Assembly (NCBI GenBank): GCA_963710605.1
Contig: CAVQBA010000007.1
Location: forward strand, 320,001 to 384,000
Length of the DNA stretch: 64,000 nucleotides
Origin: an uncultured cyanobacterium
Lineage (GTDB): Bacteria > Cyanobacteriota > Cyanobacteriia > Cyanobacteriales > Cyanobacteriaceae
Direction of reading: 5' to 3'
Shown: in pieces, positions 33,479 through 43,063 of the stretch
How positions within the stretch are numbered: position 1 is the stretch's first letter
How the letters are laid out: each line of letters starts with the position of its first letter
Notes under the pieces: model-generated
Database searches by the model: none
Told to the model about the DNA's origin: nothing
The model's input: the letters and a program-made list of their open reading frames with translations, nothing else
Translations under genes and position numbers: made by a program

Positions 33479-34717
33479 ATGGATAAAAATTTAGGTAATT
33501 ATATTTTAGTAACTCTTGCTTATTGGGGCTTTACTGTTACCGATGGGGCGTTAAGGATGTTGGTGTTGTTGCATTTTCATCAATTAGGTTATACAACGAT
33601 TGAAATTGCATCTTTATTTTTATTTTACGAAATATTTGGTATTTTTACTAACTTTTTAGGTGGCTGGATTGGCTCTCAATTTGGTGTAAGGTTAACTCTT
33701 TATAGCGGAATTGGGTTACAAATTTGTGCCTTAATTATGTTAGGTTTACTAAATCCTAATTGGGTAGTTTGGATGCAAGTAATATACGTCATGGTATCTC
33801 AGGCATTTTCAGGAATAGCTAAAGATTTAACCAAGATGAGTTCAAAAACGGCGATTCGTTTAGTAGTGCCTAAAGAAGCAGAATCAAAATTATTTAAATG
33901 GGTGGCTGTCCTTACTGGCTCAAAAAATGCCCTCAAAGGATTTGGTTTTTTTGTGGGGGCTATTTTGTTGCAATCATTTGGCTTTAGAAATGCTTTATTT
34001 ATTCAAGCATCTGTTTTATTACTTATCTTTTTTACAGGGAAATTATTACCTAAAAATATGGGTAAAATCAAAGCTAAAGTTGAATTTAAACAGTTGTTTT
34101 CTAAAAGTAAAGCAATCAATATTTTATCCGCCGCTCGGTTTTTCCTTTTTGGGGCGAGAGATGTTTGGTTTGTCGTGGCGTTACCTGTCTTTTTTTCGGA
34201 GCAATTAAAGTGGGATTTCACCCAAGTTGGTACTTATATGGCTTGTTGGGTAATTGGTTATGGATGTGTGCAGTCTTTTTCGCCCATACTATTAAAACAA
34301 AACGACAAAGCTAAAGCACCGACTGAAAAAACGATCGTTTTTTGGACTTCTATTTTGGCGATAGTTATGGCTTTAATTGCTATAAGTTTCAGGTTAGGTT
34401 TTCCTGCCCAGATAGTTATTACAGGTGGCTTGATTATTTTTGGGATTGTTTTTGCTTTTAATTCTGCGGTTCATTCCTATTTAGTTCTAGCTTATACTGA
34501 AGATGATGATGTTGCCTTAAATGTCGGTTTTTATTACATGGCAAACTCAGGCGGACGTTTGATTGGTACAATCACCTCAGGAGTAGTGTATCAATTAGCA
34601 GGTATTCAAGGTTGTTTGTGGGTTTCTTTTTTGTTTGTTTTGTCAGCTTCTTTGGTTTCAACTGGTTTACCAGCGGTATCTGTTAATGATGAGCAAGAAG
34701 AGAATGTATTAGTTTAA
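33479..34717 (+). CDS. arsJ: Organoarsenical efflux MFS transporter ArsJ
   Basis: YWGFTVTDGALRMLVLLHFH, GIAKDLTKMSSK, LTGSKNALKG, RDVWFVV, VGFYYMAN. Confidence 0.93.
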   Translation: MDKNLGNYILVTLAYWGFTVTDGALRMLVLLHFHQLGYTTIEIASLFLFYEIFGIFTNFLGGWIGSQFGVRLTLYSGIGLQICALIMLGLLNPNWVVWMQVIYVMVSQAFSGIAKDLTKMSSKTAIRLVVPKEAESKLFKWVAVLTGSKNALKGFGFFVGAILLQSFGFRNALFIQASVLLLIFFTGKLLPKNMGKIKAKVEFKQLFSKSKAINILSAARFFLFGARDVWFVVALPVFFSEQLKWDFTQVGTYMACWVIGYGCVQSFSPILLKQNDKAKAPTEKTIVFWTSILAIVMALIAISFRLGFPAQIVITGGLIIFGIVFAFNSAVHSYLVLAYTEDDDVALNVGFYYMANSGGRLIGTITSGVVYQLAGIQGCLWVSFLFVLSASLVSTGLPAVSVNDEQEENVLV

Positions 34718-34939
34718 AAAATATTTGTGGGGATATATTTATTACTTATATTGCGATCGAGTTTTTTCTTTGATCGTTAATTTTCACCAATGATACAGCA
34801 TATTAAAGATCAAAGTGGTTTAATGATGGAATATCAGACAAGAAGAATTATTATCTAATTGAAAAAGTCGCAAAAACTAAAGTAATTGCAACTGTTGAAC
34901 ATTTATTTTACTTTTAATTTAATAATTATTAAAATTTTT

Positions 34940-35155
34940 TTATCCTTCTTCTCCTCCTTCTCCTCCTTCTTCTTCAATTTCTTCTCCTTCTTCGATTTCT
35001 CCTCCTTCTACTGCTTCTGGTGGATTAACTTCTTCTTGATTAATACCATCGTCAATAGCTTCACCTCCTTCATCTTCTGGAGTACAACCACCAATCATTC
35101 CTAAAGAAGAAATCAAACTGGCTGTCAAAAAAATTTGTACTGCTTTCTTATTCAT
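34940..35155 (-). CDS. Small, extremely acidic lipoprotein with EGGEGG tail
   Basis: Basic N-terminus, hydrophobic core, IGGC lipobox, Glu/Gly-rich mature part. Confidence 0.75.
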   Translation of the reverse strand: MNKKAVQIFLTASLISSLGMIGGCTPEDEGGEAIDDGINQEEVNPPEAVEGGEIEEGEEIEEEGGEGGEEG

Positions 35156-35227
35156 ATTAATATAGTTTGTTAACTAAAAAATTATTATTAATAATATAAT
35201 AGTTTATTTTTAATAAAAAAAACCGAA

Positions 35228-35896
35228 ATGATCATTACTATAGACAATGTTTTAACTATTAATCAATTAAATAAAATAAATGAGACACTCAATCACAGTA
35301 ACTTTATTTCGGGAAAAAAAACAGCCGGTTGGTATGCCAAAACAGTTAAGAATAATCTGCAATTAGAACAAAAGCTTAATGATGAACCACAATTAAAGGA
35401 ATTAGTCAAGAATCAACTACTCAATCATCCTTTAATACAAAGTTGTTGTTTACCCAAAATAATTCATTCTCTTTTGTTTAGTCGCTATGAAGTGGGGATG
35501 TCTTATGGAAGACATATTGATAATGCAATGATGGGTAAACAAAATTTCTGGCGATCGGATATTTCTTTTACTTTGTTTTTGAATCCTCCCTCAAGTTATC
35601 AAGGAGGAGAATTAGTAATTGAAGGAGTACAAAAAGAAGATAGTTATAAGTTATCTGCTAACTCGATGATTGTTTATCCTTCTTCTAGTTTGCATCGAGT
35701 TGAGGAAATTACCCAAGGTGTTCGTTATGTGGTGGTAGGTTGGATGCAAAGTTTAGTTAGAGATGCCTCTAAACGAGAAATATTGTTTGAATTAGATACT
35801 GTTAGACGATTGTTATTTGCTCAATCTGGTAAGACAAACGAATTTGATCTTTTGTCGAAGAATTACGCTAATTTGTTACGTTTATGGGGTGAATAA
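35228..35896 (+). CDS. PKHD-type Fe(II)/2OG dioxygenase (PiuC/YbiX family)
   Basis: G..TAG..A..VKNNLQ, YGRHIDN, RSDISFTLFL, LHRV, WMQSLVRD, NLLRLW. Confidence 0.92.
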   Translation: MIITIDNVLTINQLNKINETLNHSNFISGKKTAGWYAKTVKNNLQLEQKLNDEPQLKELVKNQLLNHPLIQSCCLPKIIHSLLFSRYEVGMSYGRHIDNAMMGKQNFWRSDISFTLFLNPPSSYQGGELVIEGVQKEDSYKLSANSMIVYPSSSLHRVEEITQGVRYVVVGWMQSLVRDASKREILFELDTVRRLLFAQSGKTNEFDLLSKNYANLLRLWGE

Positions 35897-36069
35897 TCTT
35901 TAATTTGCTTGAATAATTATAGATAATATAGTTGTAATCAAATGTGGTGCGATGAGTAATAACGTTGTTGTTTAAATTTATTTGAAAAAAGTTTTTAGTG
36001 ATGGTTGCATATTTATTTCAAACCGACTGGAGAAAGAAATAGAAACAATCAAACAAAAGGAAACTTATC

Positions 36070-36867
36070 ATGACAATGCTTCAATCTCGTGATCATAATC
36101 TATTTACCTCTATTTTTAACGATCGTCGTGAATATGCCCATTTAATCATTAAACTACTTTTAGTTTTAGAAACCGAAAAATTAGTTCCCTTATTTGAATT
36201 AAACACCAAAGACAAAAATAAACCGCAAATAGGTATAGACGCAACTATCATCAATAATAAAAATAAAGTTGTTTGTGTTCAAGATATTATTGCTAAATTT
36301 GGTCATCGTATTAGCCCTTTAGTTTTGTTTTTTGGTTCTAATTTTCAAGTTGACTTTCAAGAAAATAGCCACGATAAAACTTCTCAAACAAATACTTTTA
36401 ATACTTCGATTATTTTCACTAAACAAGGATTAATTTTAGAATGTCCACAAATCAACCAACATCCCTTTAATGAATCAGTTGATAATCAAATATCGGAAGA
36501 ATATAACTTATTTTTCTGGGAAAATTGGCAAAAAGTATCGATTGATTTTGCCCAAAAAGAACCTGTATGTACTTTAATCTTTACTGGTAATAAAGGAGAA
36601 CAATTAAAAATTAATCAAAAATCTTCGAGCGGTTCGGAAACAGAACAAATAGAACAACAATTGCCTTTATTATTTGCTTATTTTGTCATGAAAAATTTAT
36701 GGAAATATATTCGCAAAATATCTAATCATTCTTTTTCTATTTATAATCCCGATGATTTTCTCTATTTAGATCAAGACAGACTAAATTATTTTACCGAACA
36801 AGTTTTAGACAATATTAATATTACCGAAAAAGATTTAGAAAATTTGGTCAGAAAAGTAAATCCTTAA
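36070..36867 (+). CDS. Hypothetical protein
   Basis: 265-aa ORF with AAGGA RBS; no motif recognised. Confidence 0.6.
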   Translation: MTMLQSRDHNLFTSIFNDRREYAHLIIKLLLVLETEKLVPLFELNTKDKNKPQIGIDATIINNKNKVVCVQDIIAKFGHRISPLVLFFGSNFQVDFQENSHDKTSQTNTFNTSIIFTKQGLILECPQINQHPFNESVDNQISEEYNLFFWENWQKVSIDFAQKEPVCTLIFTGNKGEQLKINQKSSSGSETEQIEQQLPLLFAYFVMKNLWKYIRKISNHSFSIYNPDDFLYLDQDRLNYFTEQVLDNINITEKDLENLVRKVNP

Positions 36868-37113
36868 TCAAAATAAATTTATAATCTAAACTAATCAGCC
36901 TTGTAATCAATTAAATTAACAAGGCACTTTAGATAACGTGCATAAAAATGAACTACTTTCTGTTTAATAAAGTCATTCTAATTTAGACTAAGACACTTTT
37001 TTCTCTATTTCTGAAAATGAAAAGCTTTAATTAATAGATTTGCCAAAATTTGTATTGTTTCATTGTTATTTGAAATGACTATAAAGTTTAATTCATTAAA
37101 CGATTTATGTTAG

Positions 37114-37187
37114 CCTTGAATTTCAATTCAAGGTGGGTTTAAAACCTTCGTTGGTTTAGATAAGGGTGTAAGCGAATGCACCCCTAC
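37114..37187. repeat. Two REP-like palindromes
   Basis: CCTTGAATT-TC-AATTCAAGG, and minus-strand GTAGGGGTGCATTCGCTTACACCCTTA. Confidence 0.55.
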
Positions 37188-37237
37188 ATTTAAAATTTTT
37201 AACTATTAACTATTAACTATTAACTATTAATTATTAA

Positions 37238-38860
37238 TTATTTCTCGATTGTCCATAAAGGAAATAATTGACTAGGATTAATCGCTACTCCATCAACACC
37301 ATTTTGAGCGAAAGCATAATCTTTGTTTTGCCATAAAGGTAAATAAGGAACTTGTTGGGCTAAAATTGTTTGAATCTCGGCAAAAATTTGCTCACGTGCT
37401 TCAGGATTAGATTCTTGTCTTTGCTCATCAATCAACTCATTTAACCGAGCATCATAAAAAAATGAGCCTTGTGTTTGTGCGCCACCTTGAATACAACCAT
37501 CAGTTTCATTTCCTTCAGTGCATTGCAAAAATGGTTGAATATAATTATCCGCATCCAAAAAGTCAGGATACCAATCACCTAAAAAACTCGGATAAATACC
37601 CTTACCAACATTACTAAAAGCCGTGGCACTTTCCACACCATTAGGAATAAATTGAATCATACCGTCTAATTGTCGATCGCCGATCGCTTTAAGGGTATTA
37701 GCAACACTACTACGAGTTTTAGAAGCCGAAGGATACCATACCTCTACTTGCGCAGGATTACTAACAGAATAACCAGCCTCAGTTAGAAGTTTTTTGGCTA
37801 AATCAAGATTATTATTTTCATATTCTGCTTCAAAAGCTGGTTGATATTCTTCAAAAACAGTCGGAATCAAACTATATAAGGGATCAGATTGATTTTGTAA
37901 AACTCTTTCCACAATCAAATTACGATCGAGTAATGCCGCAATAGCTTGTCTAACTCTCACATCATCTAACGGAGGTTGATTACGATTAAGCACCATATAA
38001 CTAACCACTGTACCCTCACCTTCAATTACCTGAAATTTGTCTGCTTCACCGTCTGTGAGTAAAGTACTAATTTGTTCAGGGGCAAAAGTTTGATAAGCAA
38101 CATCGATCGCACCTGTGAGAAAACTATTGTAAAGGTTAGCTGAATTACCCGCATAGATTTGGACATTAACACCCTCATTGACAGGTTTTTCGCCCCAATA
38201 ATCTTCAAATACATCTAAAGTAACCGAATCACTGTTAAAAGCGACTAATTTATATGGACCAGTTGCCACTAATTCACTTGGTTTAAATTCACCATTACCG
38301 ATCGTATAAGCCCCAGGAGAAACAGCACAAGCACCAGGAAAAGCCAATAAAGACGTAAAAGCCGCAAAAGGTTTATTTAAAACAATCGTTAATTCATTCT
38401 CTCCCGTTGCTTGAATTTCTTTGATAGTATCGCTTAATAAAAAAGAAGGTTTACCACCATTTTGAATAAATCTATCTAAAGAAAACTTCATCGCTTCGGC
38501 ATTAAATGTTTCTCCATCATGAAAGGTAACTCCTTCTCTTAAACCAATAGTATAAGTTAAACCATTATCACTAATTGTTGGCATATCGGTAGCTAATAAT
38601 GGTTGCAATTGTGTTGTACCCAATTGATAACTGTAAAGACTTTCAGCAACATTATAAATTAAATTTAAACCAGCAATTTCGTAGCTATCAGCTGGATCTA
38701 ATGTTCTAGCTTTGAGGGTTGTACCGACGCTTATTCTACCATTATTATTGGTTGGTGTGTTGTTAACATTAGGATTTGAATTAGAATTACAACCGATAAT
38801 TAATCCGCAACAGGCTAACGCTAATCCTAGATACTTGAATAGATTCTTAATTTTTCTCAT
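37238..38860 (-). CDS. ABC transporter substrate-binding lipoprotein, family 5 (peptide/nickel type)
   Basis: IIGC lipobox, TLDPAD, LREGVTFHDG, TGPYKL. Confidence 0.9.
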   Translation of the reverse strand: MRKIKNLFKYLGLALACCGLIIGCNSNSNPNVNNTPTNNNGRISVGTTLKARTLDPADSYEIAGLNLIYNVAESLYSYQLGTTQLQPLLATDMPTISDNGLTYTIGLREGVTFHDGETFNAEAMKFSLDRFIQNGGKPSFLLSDTIKEIQATGENELTIVLNKPFAAFTSLLAFPGACAVSPGAYTIGNGEFKPSELVATGPYKLVAFNSDSVTLDVFEDYWGEKPVNEGVNVQIYAGNSANLYNSFLTGAIDVAYQTFAPEQISTLLTDGEADKFQVIEGEGTVVSYMVLNRNQPPLDDVRVRQAIAALLDRNLIVERVLQNQSDPLYSLIPTVFEEYQPAFEAEYENNNLDLAKKLLTEAGYSVSNPAQVEVWYPSASKTRSSVANTLKAIGDRQLDGMIQFIPNGVESATAFSNVGKGIYPSFLGDWYPDFLDADNYIQPFLQCTEGNETDGCIQGGAQTQGSFFYDARLNELIDEQRQESNPEAREQIFAEIQTILAQQVPYLPLWQNKDYAFAQNGVDGVAINPSQLFPLWTIEK

Positions 38861-39152
38861 ACTTGATCTTTTAACATCCTCAAACTTTGACACAAATGTG
38901 GTAAATAATGTTAACACAACTTCATTAGCAATTAGCAATTAGTAATTAGTAATTAGCAATTAATACTCATTACTCCTTACTCAAAAAACTGTTAATTGTT
39001 TTTTATACTGTTGATGACCGAGAAATGGTAAAATTAGCTTCAATTGTAGATTAAGTCTAGTTATAATCAATAATTCAGTTTTTTGAATAGATGACTAGCT
39101 GTAGATACAAATTTAGTTTGCCTAACTTTAAAAATTATATTTTTTCTAACCT

Positions 39153-39461
39153 ATGCCAGAAGCAGTAGGAGTAATACAAACATTAGGTTTTCCCTCTATC
39201 CTCGCCGCCGCTGATGCTGTTGTAAAAGCCGCACGAGTCACTTTAGTTTTTTTTGATAAAGCCGAAAGTGGTCAATTTATGATCGTCTTTCGTGGTCCTG
39301 TCTCAGAAGTAAAACGATCGATGCAGGAAGGATTAAGGGTAGCCGAAGAAACTATAGGAGGGCAGGTTATGACTCATTATATTGTTGCTAATCCGCCACC
39401 TAATGTTGTTGATGTTTTACCAATCCATCATAACGAAACTAGTGATGCTTATCGTCTTTAA
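39153..39461 (+). CDS. ccmK3: Carboxysome shell protein CcmK3
   Basis: BMC domain MPEAVGVIQTLGFP; upstream partner of ccmK4. Confidence 0.88.
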   Translation: MPEAVGVIQTLGFPSILAAADAVVKAARVTLVFFDKAESGQFMIVFRGPVSEVKRSMQEGLRVAEETIGGQVMTHYIVANPPPNVVDVLPIHHNETSDAYRL

Positions 39462-39741
39462 TTATTAATCTAGTTCGATCGTTGTTAGTTAATCGGTTCA
39501 ATTTTATTAACTATTTATTCTCATTATTAACTCATGATTGATGATTAATTAATCGGCTCAATTTTTGAGGAATTATTAAGGAGAAATAATCAGTTAAAAA
39601 CTAAATCAATAACTTTTAGTTGACTGATTGATAAACTATTACTAACTACGGTAACGAAAAAGAGGACATTTATCGACAATAATTTAATCGATACGTTTAT
39701 TTTTATTTTTAATTATTATCAATTTTAGGAGAATATCATTT

Positions 39742-40101
39742 ATGCCTATACAATCTGCTGTTGGTTCGCTTGAAACAAAAGGATTTCCCGGAGTTTTAGC
39801 CGCCGCCGATGCGATGGTTAAAGCAGGAAGAGTTACCCTCGTCGGTTATATCCGTGTAGGAAGTGCTCGTTTTACTGTTAATGTTCGTGGTGATGTTTCT
39901 GAAGTTAAAGCCGCTATGGATGCAGGAATTGATGCGGTGAAAAAAGCTGAAGGTGCAACCCTAGAGTCATGGGTAATTATTCCTCGCCCTCATCAAAATA
40001 TTTGTGCTGTACTTCCAATCGACTATAACGATGAAGTTGAAGTTTACCGTCAAGCAGTTGATGGGATTGCTTTACCTAGTAGTAGTAGTCGCCGCCCATA
40101 G
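39742..40101 (+). CDS. ccmK4: Carboxysome shell protein CcmK4
   Basis: QSAVGSLETKGFPGVLAAADAMVKAGRV...SWVIIPRPH. Confidence 0.92.
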   Translation: MPIQSAVGSLETKGFPGVLAAADAMVKAGRVTLVGYIRVGSARFTVNVRGDVSEVKAAMDAGIDAVKKAEGATLESWVIIPRPHQNICAVLPIDYNDEVEVYRQAVDGIALPSSSSRRP

Positions 40102-40213
40102 TTTAGAATAAGGCAATTGTCAATTAAAATTTAGCTTTAAATAATTGACAATTGGAAATAAGATAAATGTATGATGATATGGTTGAAAACTCAATATCTA
40201 ATTATTTCAAATT

Positions 40214-40456
40214 TTATTGAGAATAGTCAGCGATCGCTTTAATATAAATTAAGTGGAAAACCAAGATAGCAGTCCAAATTAAACTAAATTGAGTTGCCCA
40301 TATCCATTCAGGATGGCTAAAATTATGAAAAAACCAAATTCCTGAGTTAACCGCCGCAAATAGGGCTACATGGAAAGCAAAATTGATTAAATCCTCTGCT
40401 TTTCTAAAATCAGGATCAGTTTTTCGATCGGGTTGTCTGGGCCAACGTGGAGGCAT
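40214..40456 (-). CDS. 2TM domain-containing conserved cyanobacterial protein
   Basis: MPPRWPRQPDR..DP N-terminus and two hydrophobic helices. Confidence 0.8.
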   Translation of the reverse strand: MPPRWPRQPDRKTDPDFRKAEDLINFAFHVALFAAVNSGIWFFHNFSHPEWIWATQFSLIWTAILVFHLIYIKAIADYSQ

Positions 40457-40652
40457 AATTGCAATCAGTTATGTAATGAATATCTATCATAATTGTACAA
40501 TAGAGAATTAAAAATTGATATTTGATAATTATTTTTTCCTTATCAAAAGTGAGGTTGAATAACTTAAAAGTTTTAAGTGATTAAGATCAATTTCTAATTT
40601 TTCTTTGGCGATTGGCGATAGTTAATCGATAACCTTTGTCTTGAATTAAATT

Positions 40653-41843
40653 ATGAATGAAGATAAATTAATACCTAAAGAATCAACAAATACCAGTCAA
40701 GAAAAATCACCTTGGTGGGATACAGTTACATCTAAAGTGAAAGATTTAGGTAATATTTTAGAAACAAATGTTAGTCAAGCAAGCGAAATGGTCGAAAAAA
40801 CTCTCTCAGATTTGGGTGAGACAATAGCTTCTAACACCACCGAAGTACAAAAAGTAGCTCAAAAAACAACTTCAGACATCACAGGAGCAATAAATTATAC
40901 AACGAACAAAGTAGGCTTAGACATTGGTTCAATCGGAATCAAAACAGAAGGATTACTAGGCAATAGTGCCAAAGCAATTATCGAAAATCCCTTACTTGAA
41001 AGAATTATCGATCACGTAGATTTAGATAAGGCTCAACGCTCTTTAACTAAGTTACAACAAAAATACCCTCAAGAAACTTCTTCTCAAATTGCTCATCGTT
41101 TGATGTTTGAGAAAGCTACCTTAGCTAGTAGTTCAGGCTTAGCTAGTAGTTTATTACCTGGAATTGCGGCGGCGTTGATTGCCTTGGATTTAACCGCAGT
41201 GGCGGCTTTACAAGCTGAAATGGTTTATCAAATTAGCGGTATTTATGGATTTGATTTGAAGAAAGAAGAGCGAAAAGGAGAAGTGTTAGCGATTTTTGCA
41301 ATTGCTTTAGGAGGCTCTTATGGAATTAAGACTGGTTTGAAGTTGCTACAACTAACTCCTGTTATTGGTGCTGTAGTCGGTGCTAGTGCTAATGCGACTA
41401 TGATTTATTCTATTGGTTATGCCGCTTGTAAATTTTATGAAGCACAAGTTAATGATACTAGTTTGGAATATGCTATTGCTAATTCAGCCGAAGCTAGTCA
41501 AAAATTTTTAAAAATAGCGATCGAACAAGAGCAAATTATGGATCAAATTCTGATTCAGATTTGGTTAGCTGGTAATCCTCAAAAATCTATTATTGATTTA
41601 TTACCTCATATTAATAAATTAAATTTAAGTCCTACCTCAGTAGAAATAATTGTTGCGATTGCAAAAAAAGAACAAGAAATAATGTCGGTTGATTTGCTTT
41701 TAAACCAGCTTAATCAAGACTTTTCCGTTTCTTTATTCGCTCAATGCGAACAATTAGCTAATGCGAATGGAATGATTAACAATGAACAAGAACAAATTTT
41801 AAATCTTATTCGCAATCGATTACAAGAAGATATTAGTAAATAG
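40653..41843 (+). CDS. EcsC/DUF697-like protein
   Basis: LQAEMVYQI..YGFDL...RKGEVLAIF, PVIGAVVGASANA. Confidence 0.65.
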   Translation: MNEDKLIPKESTNTSQEKSPWWDTVTSKVKDLGNILETNVSQASEMVEKTLSDLGETIASNTTEVQKVAQKTTSDITGAINYTTNKVGLDIGSIGIKTEGLLGNSAKAIIENPLLERIIDHVDLDKAQRSLTKLQQKYPQETSSQIAHRLMFEKATLASSSGLASSLLPGIAAALIALDLTAVAALQAEMVYQISGIYGFDLKKEERKGEVLAIFAIALGGSYGIKTGLKLLQLTPVIGAVVGASANATMIYSIGYAACKFYEAQVNDTSLEYAIANSAEASQKFLKIAIEQEQIMDQILIQIWLAGNPQKSIIDLLPHINKLNLSPTSVEIIVAIAKKEQEIMSVDLLLNQLNQDFSVSLFAQCEQLANANGMINNEQEQILNLIRNRLQEDISK

Positions 41844-41877
41844 TTAACTGAATCTTTCGTTATAAATTAATTCCTTT

Positions 41878-42897
41878 TTATAACTCAAATTTATCTAAAT
41901 GCCATTTGACGATCGTCTTCATATTAACTAAAGATAATTTATCATTTTTAACAGCAGAAGCGATCGCCTCGCCAGTAAATTGACTGGTAGTAACAATATA
42001 ACCACGCCATGCTTCGTTTTCTTCAATCACCCCTTTAAATTGTTGAATAGCTGGTCTGCCAACAGAGTTATTGTCACTATATCTTTTACATTGAACAATA
42101 ATTAATCCTTCTGGATGTCTAGCGAAACCATCAACTCCAGCATCATTTGACTTTTTAGTTACCCACGCTAACATTCCTTGATTTTGAAAAAATCCCATAA
42201 TATGTCTTTCAAATTCATAAGGATTCATTGCTAATAGTTTTTTCCTTAACTCCTCTTCTTTTTCAGGCATAACTTTAAACTCAGGCGAAGCAGGCTCTGA
42301 TTTCATCGCCTCTTGAAGATCTTTTTTAGCTCTTCTTAAAATTTCATCTTTAGTAATTAAAGCAACGACAACACTAAGATAATCTTGTGATTGTGATGTG
42401 CCTAAAAAAGTCTCTATGATTGAAGTTATACCAGCCGTACCTAAAAATATTAAAAGTAATACAGGTAATCCAATCCCCGTACCAAAAGCAACAATACCTG
42501 CACCCTGACCACCAACGACAGTGGCGGCAGTTAATGTAGCGGGGATAGCTATTTTCATTGGCAGGGATAAGTTAGAGTTTTGATAGCTTTTTACCATAGT
42601 CACCACACTATTAAACATTGCTTTGATGGTTTTTGCTGAGTCAATAGAAGAATATATTTTTTGACTTTTTTGAGTTAGAGAATAAGAAGGATTATCAATG
42701 ATTTCTCTAATTAACGTTAACCACAAAATAGCATCCAAACGATCTTGTTCTTCCGAAAAAGAAGCGATCGCAGAGTTAAATAGGCTGACTATCCATTCTC
42801 TTACTTGGTCGGTCATATTTGATTGATTTGCGATTAAAGAATCTTTTTTTTGATTAAAATCTTTCGTTGTTTGTTGCCAAAATTTATTAAAATCCAT
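41878..42897 (-). CDS. Mrr-like restriction endonuclease domain protein with central hydrophobic segment
   Basis: MNPYEFE, T..SNDAGVDG, VQCKRY, VG.PAIQQF.G, VTTSQFT..A. Confidence 0.85.
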   Translation of the reverse strand: MDFNKFWQQTTKDFNQKKDSLIANQSNMTDQVREWIVSLFNSAIASFSEEQDRLDAILWLTLIREIIDNPSYSLTQKSQKIYSSIDSAKTIKAMFNSVVTMVKSYQNSNLSLPMKIAIPATLTAATVVGGQGAGIVAFGTGIGLPVLLLIFLGTAGITSIIETFLGTSQSQDYLSVVVALITKDEILRRAKKDLQEAMKSEPASPEFKVMPEKEEELRKKLLAMNPYEFERHIMGFFQNQGMLAWVTKKSNDAGVDGFARHPEGLIIVQCKRYSDNNSVGRPAIQQFKGVIEENEAWRGYIVTTSQFTGEAIASAVKNDKLSLVNMKTIVKWHLDKFEL

Positions 42898-43063
42898 TGT
42901 CGATTAAATTTTCCCTCTTGATAAAAATTACGCTCTTAATTTGACTTAAAAATAATTTATACCATTCAAATATCATTAGTTGTGTAACTTGTAATTCGTA
43001 ATTGGTCGTGGAGATCGGGTATAATTATTGACTTGAATAGTCTATAAAAAATTTGTAAACTAA

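Noticed and set aside
34886-35104. Phe/Ser-rich plus ORF
   Set aside because: Antisense of the Glu-rich lipoprotein.
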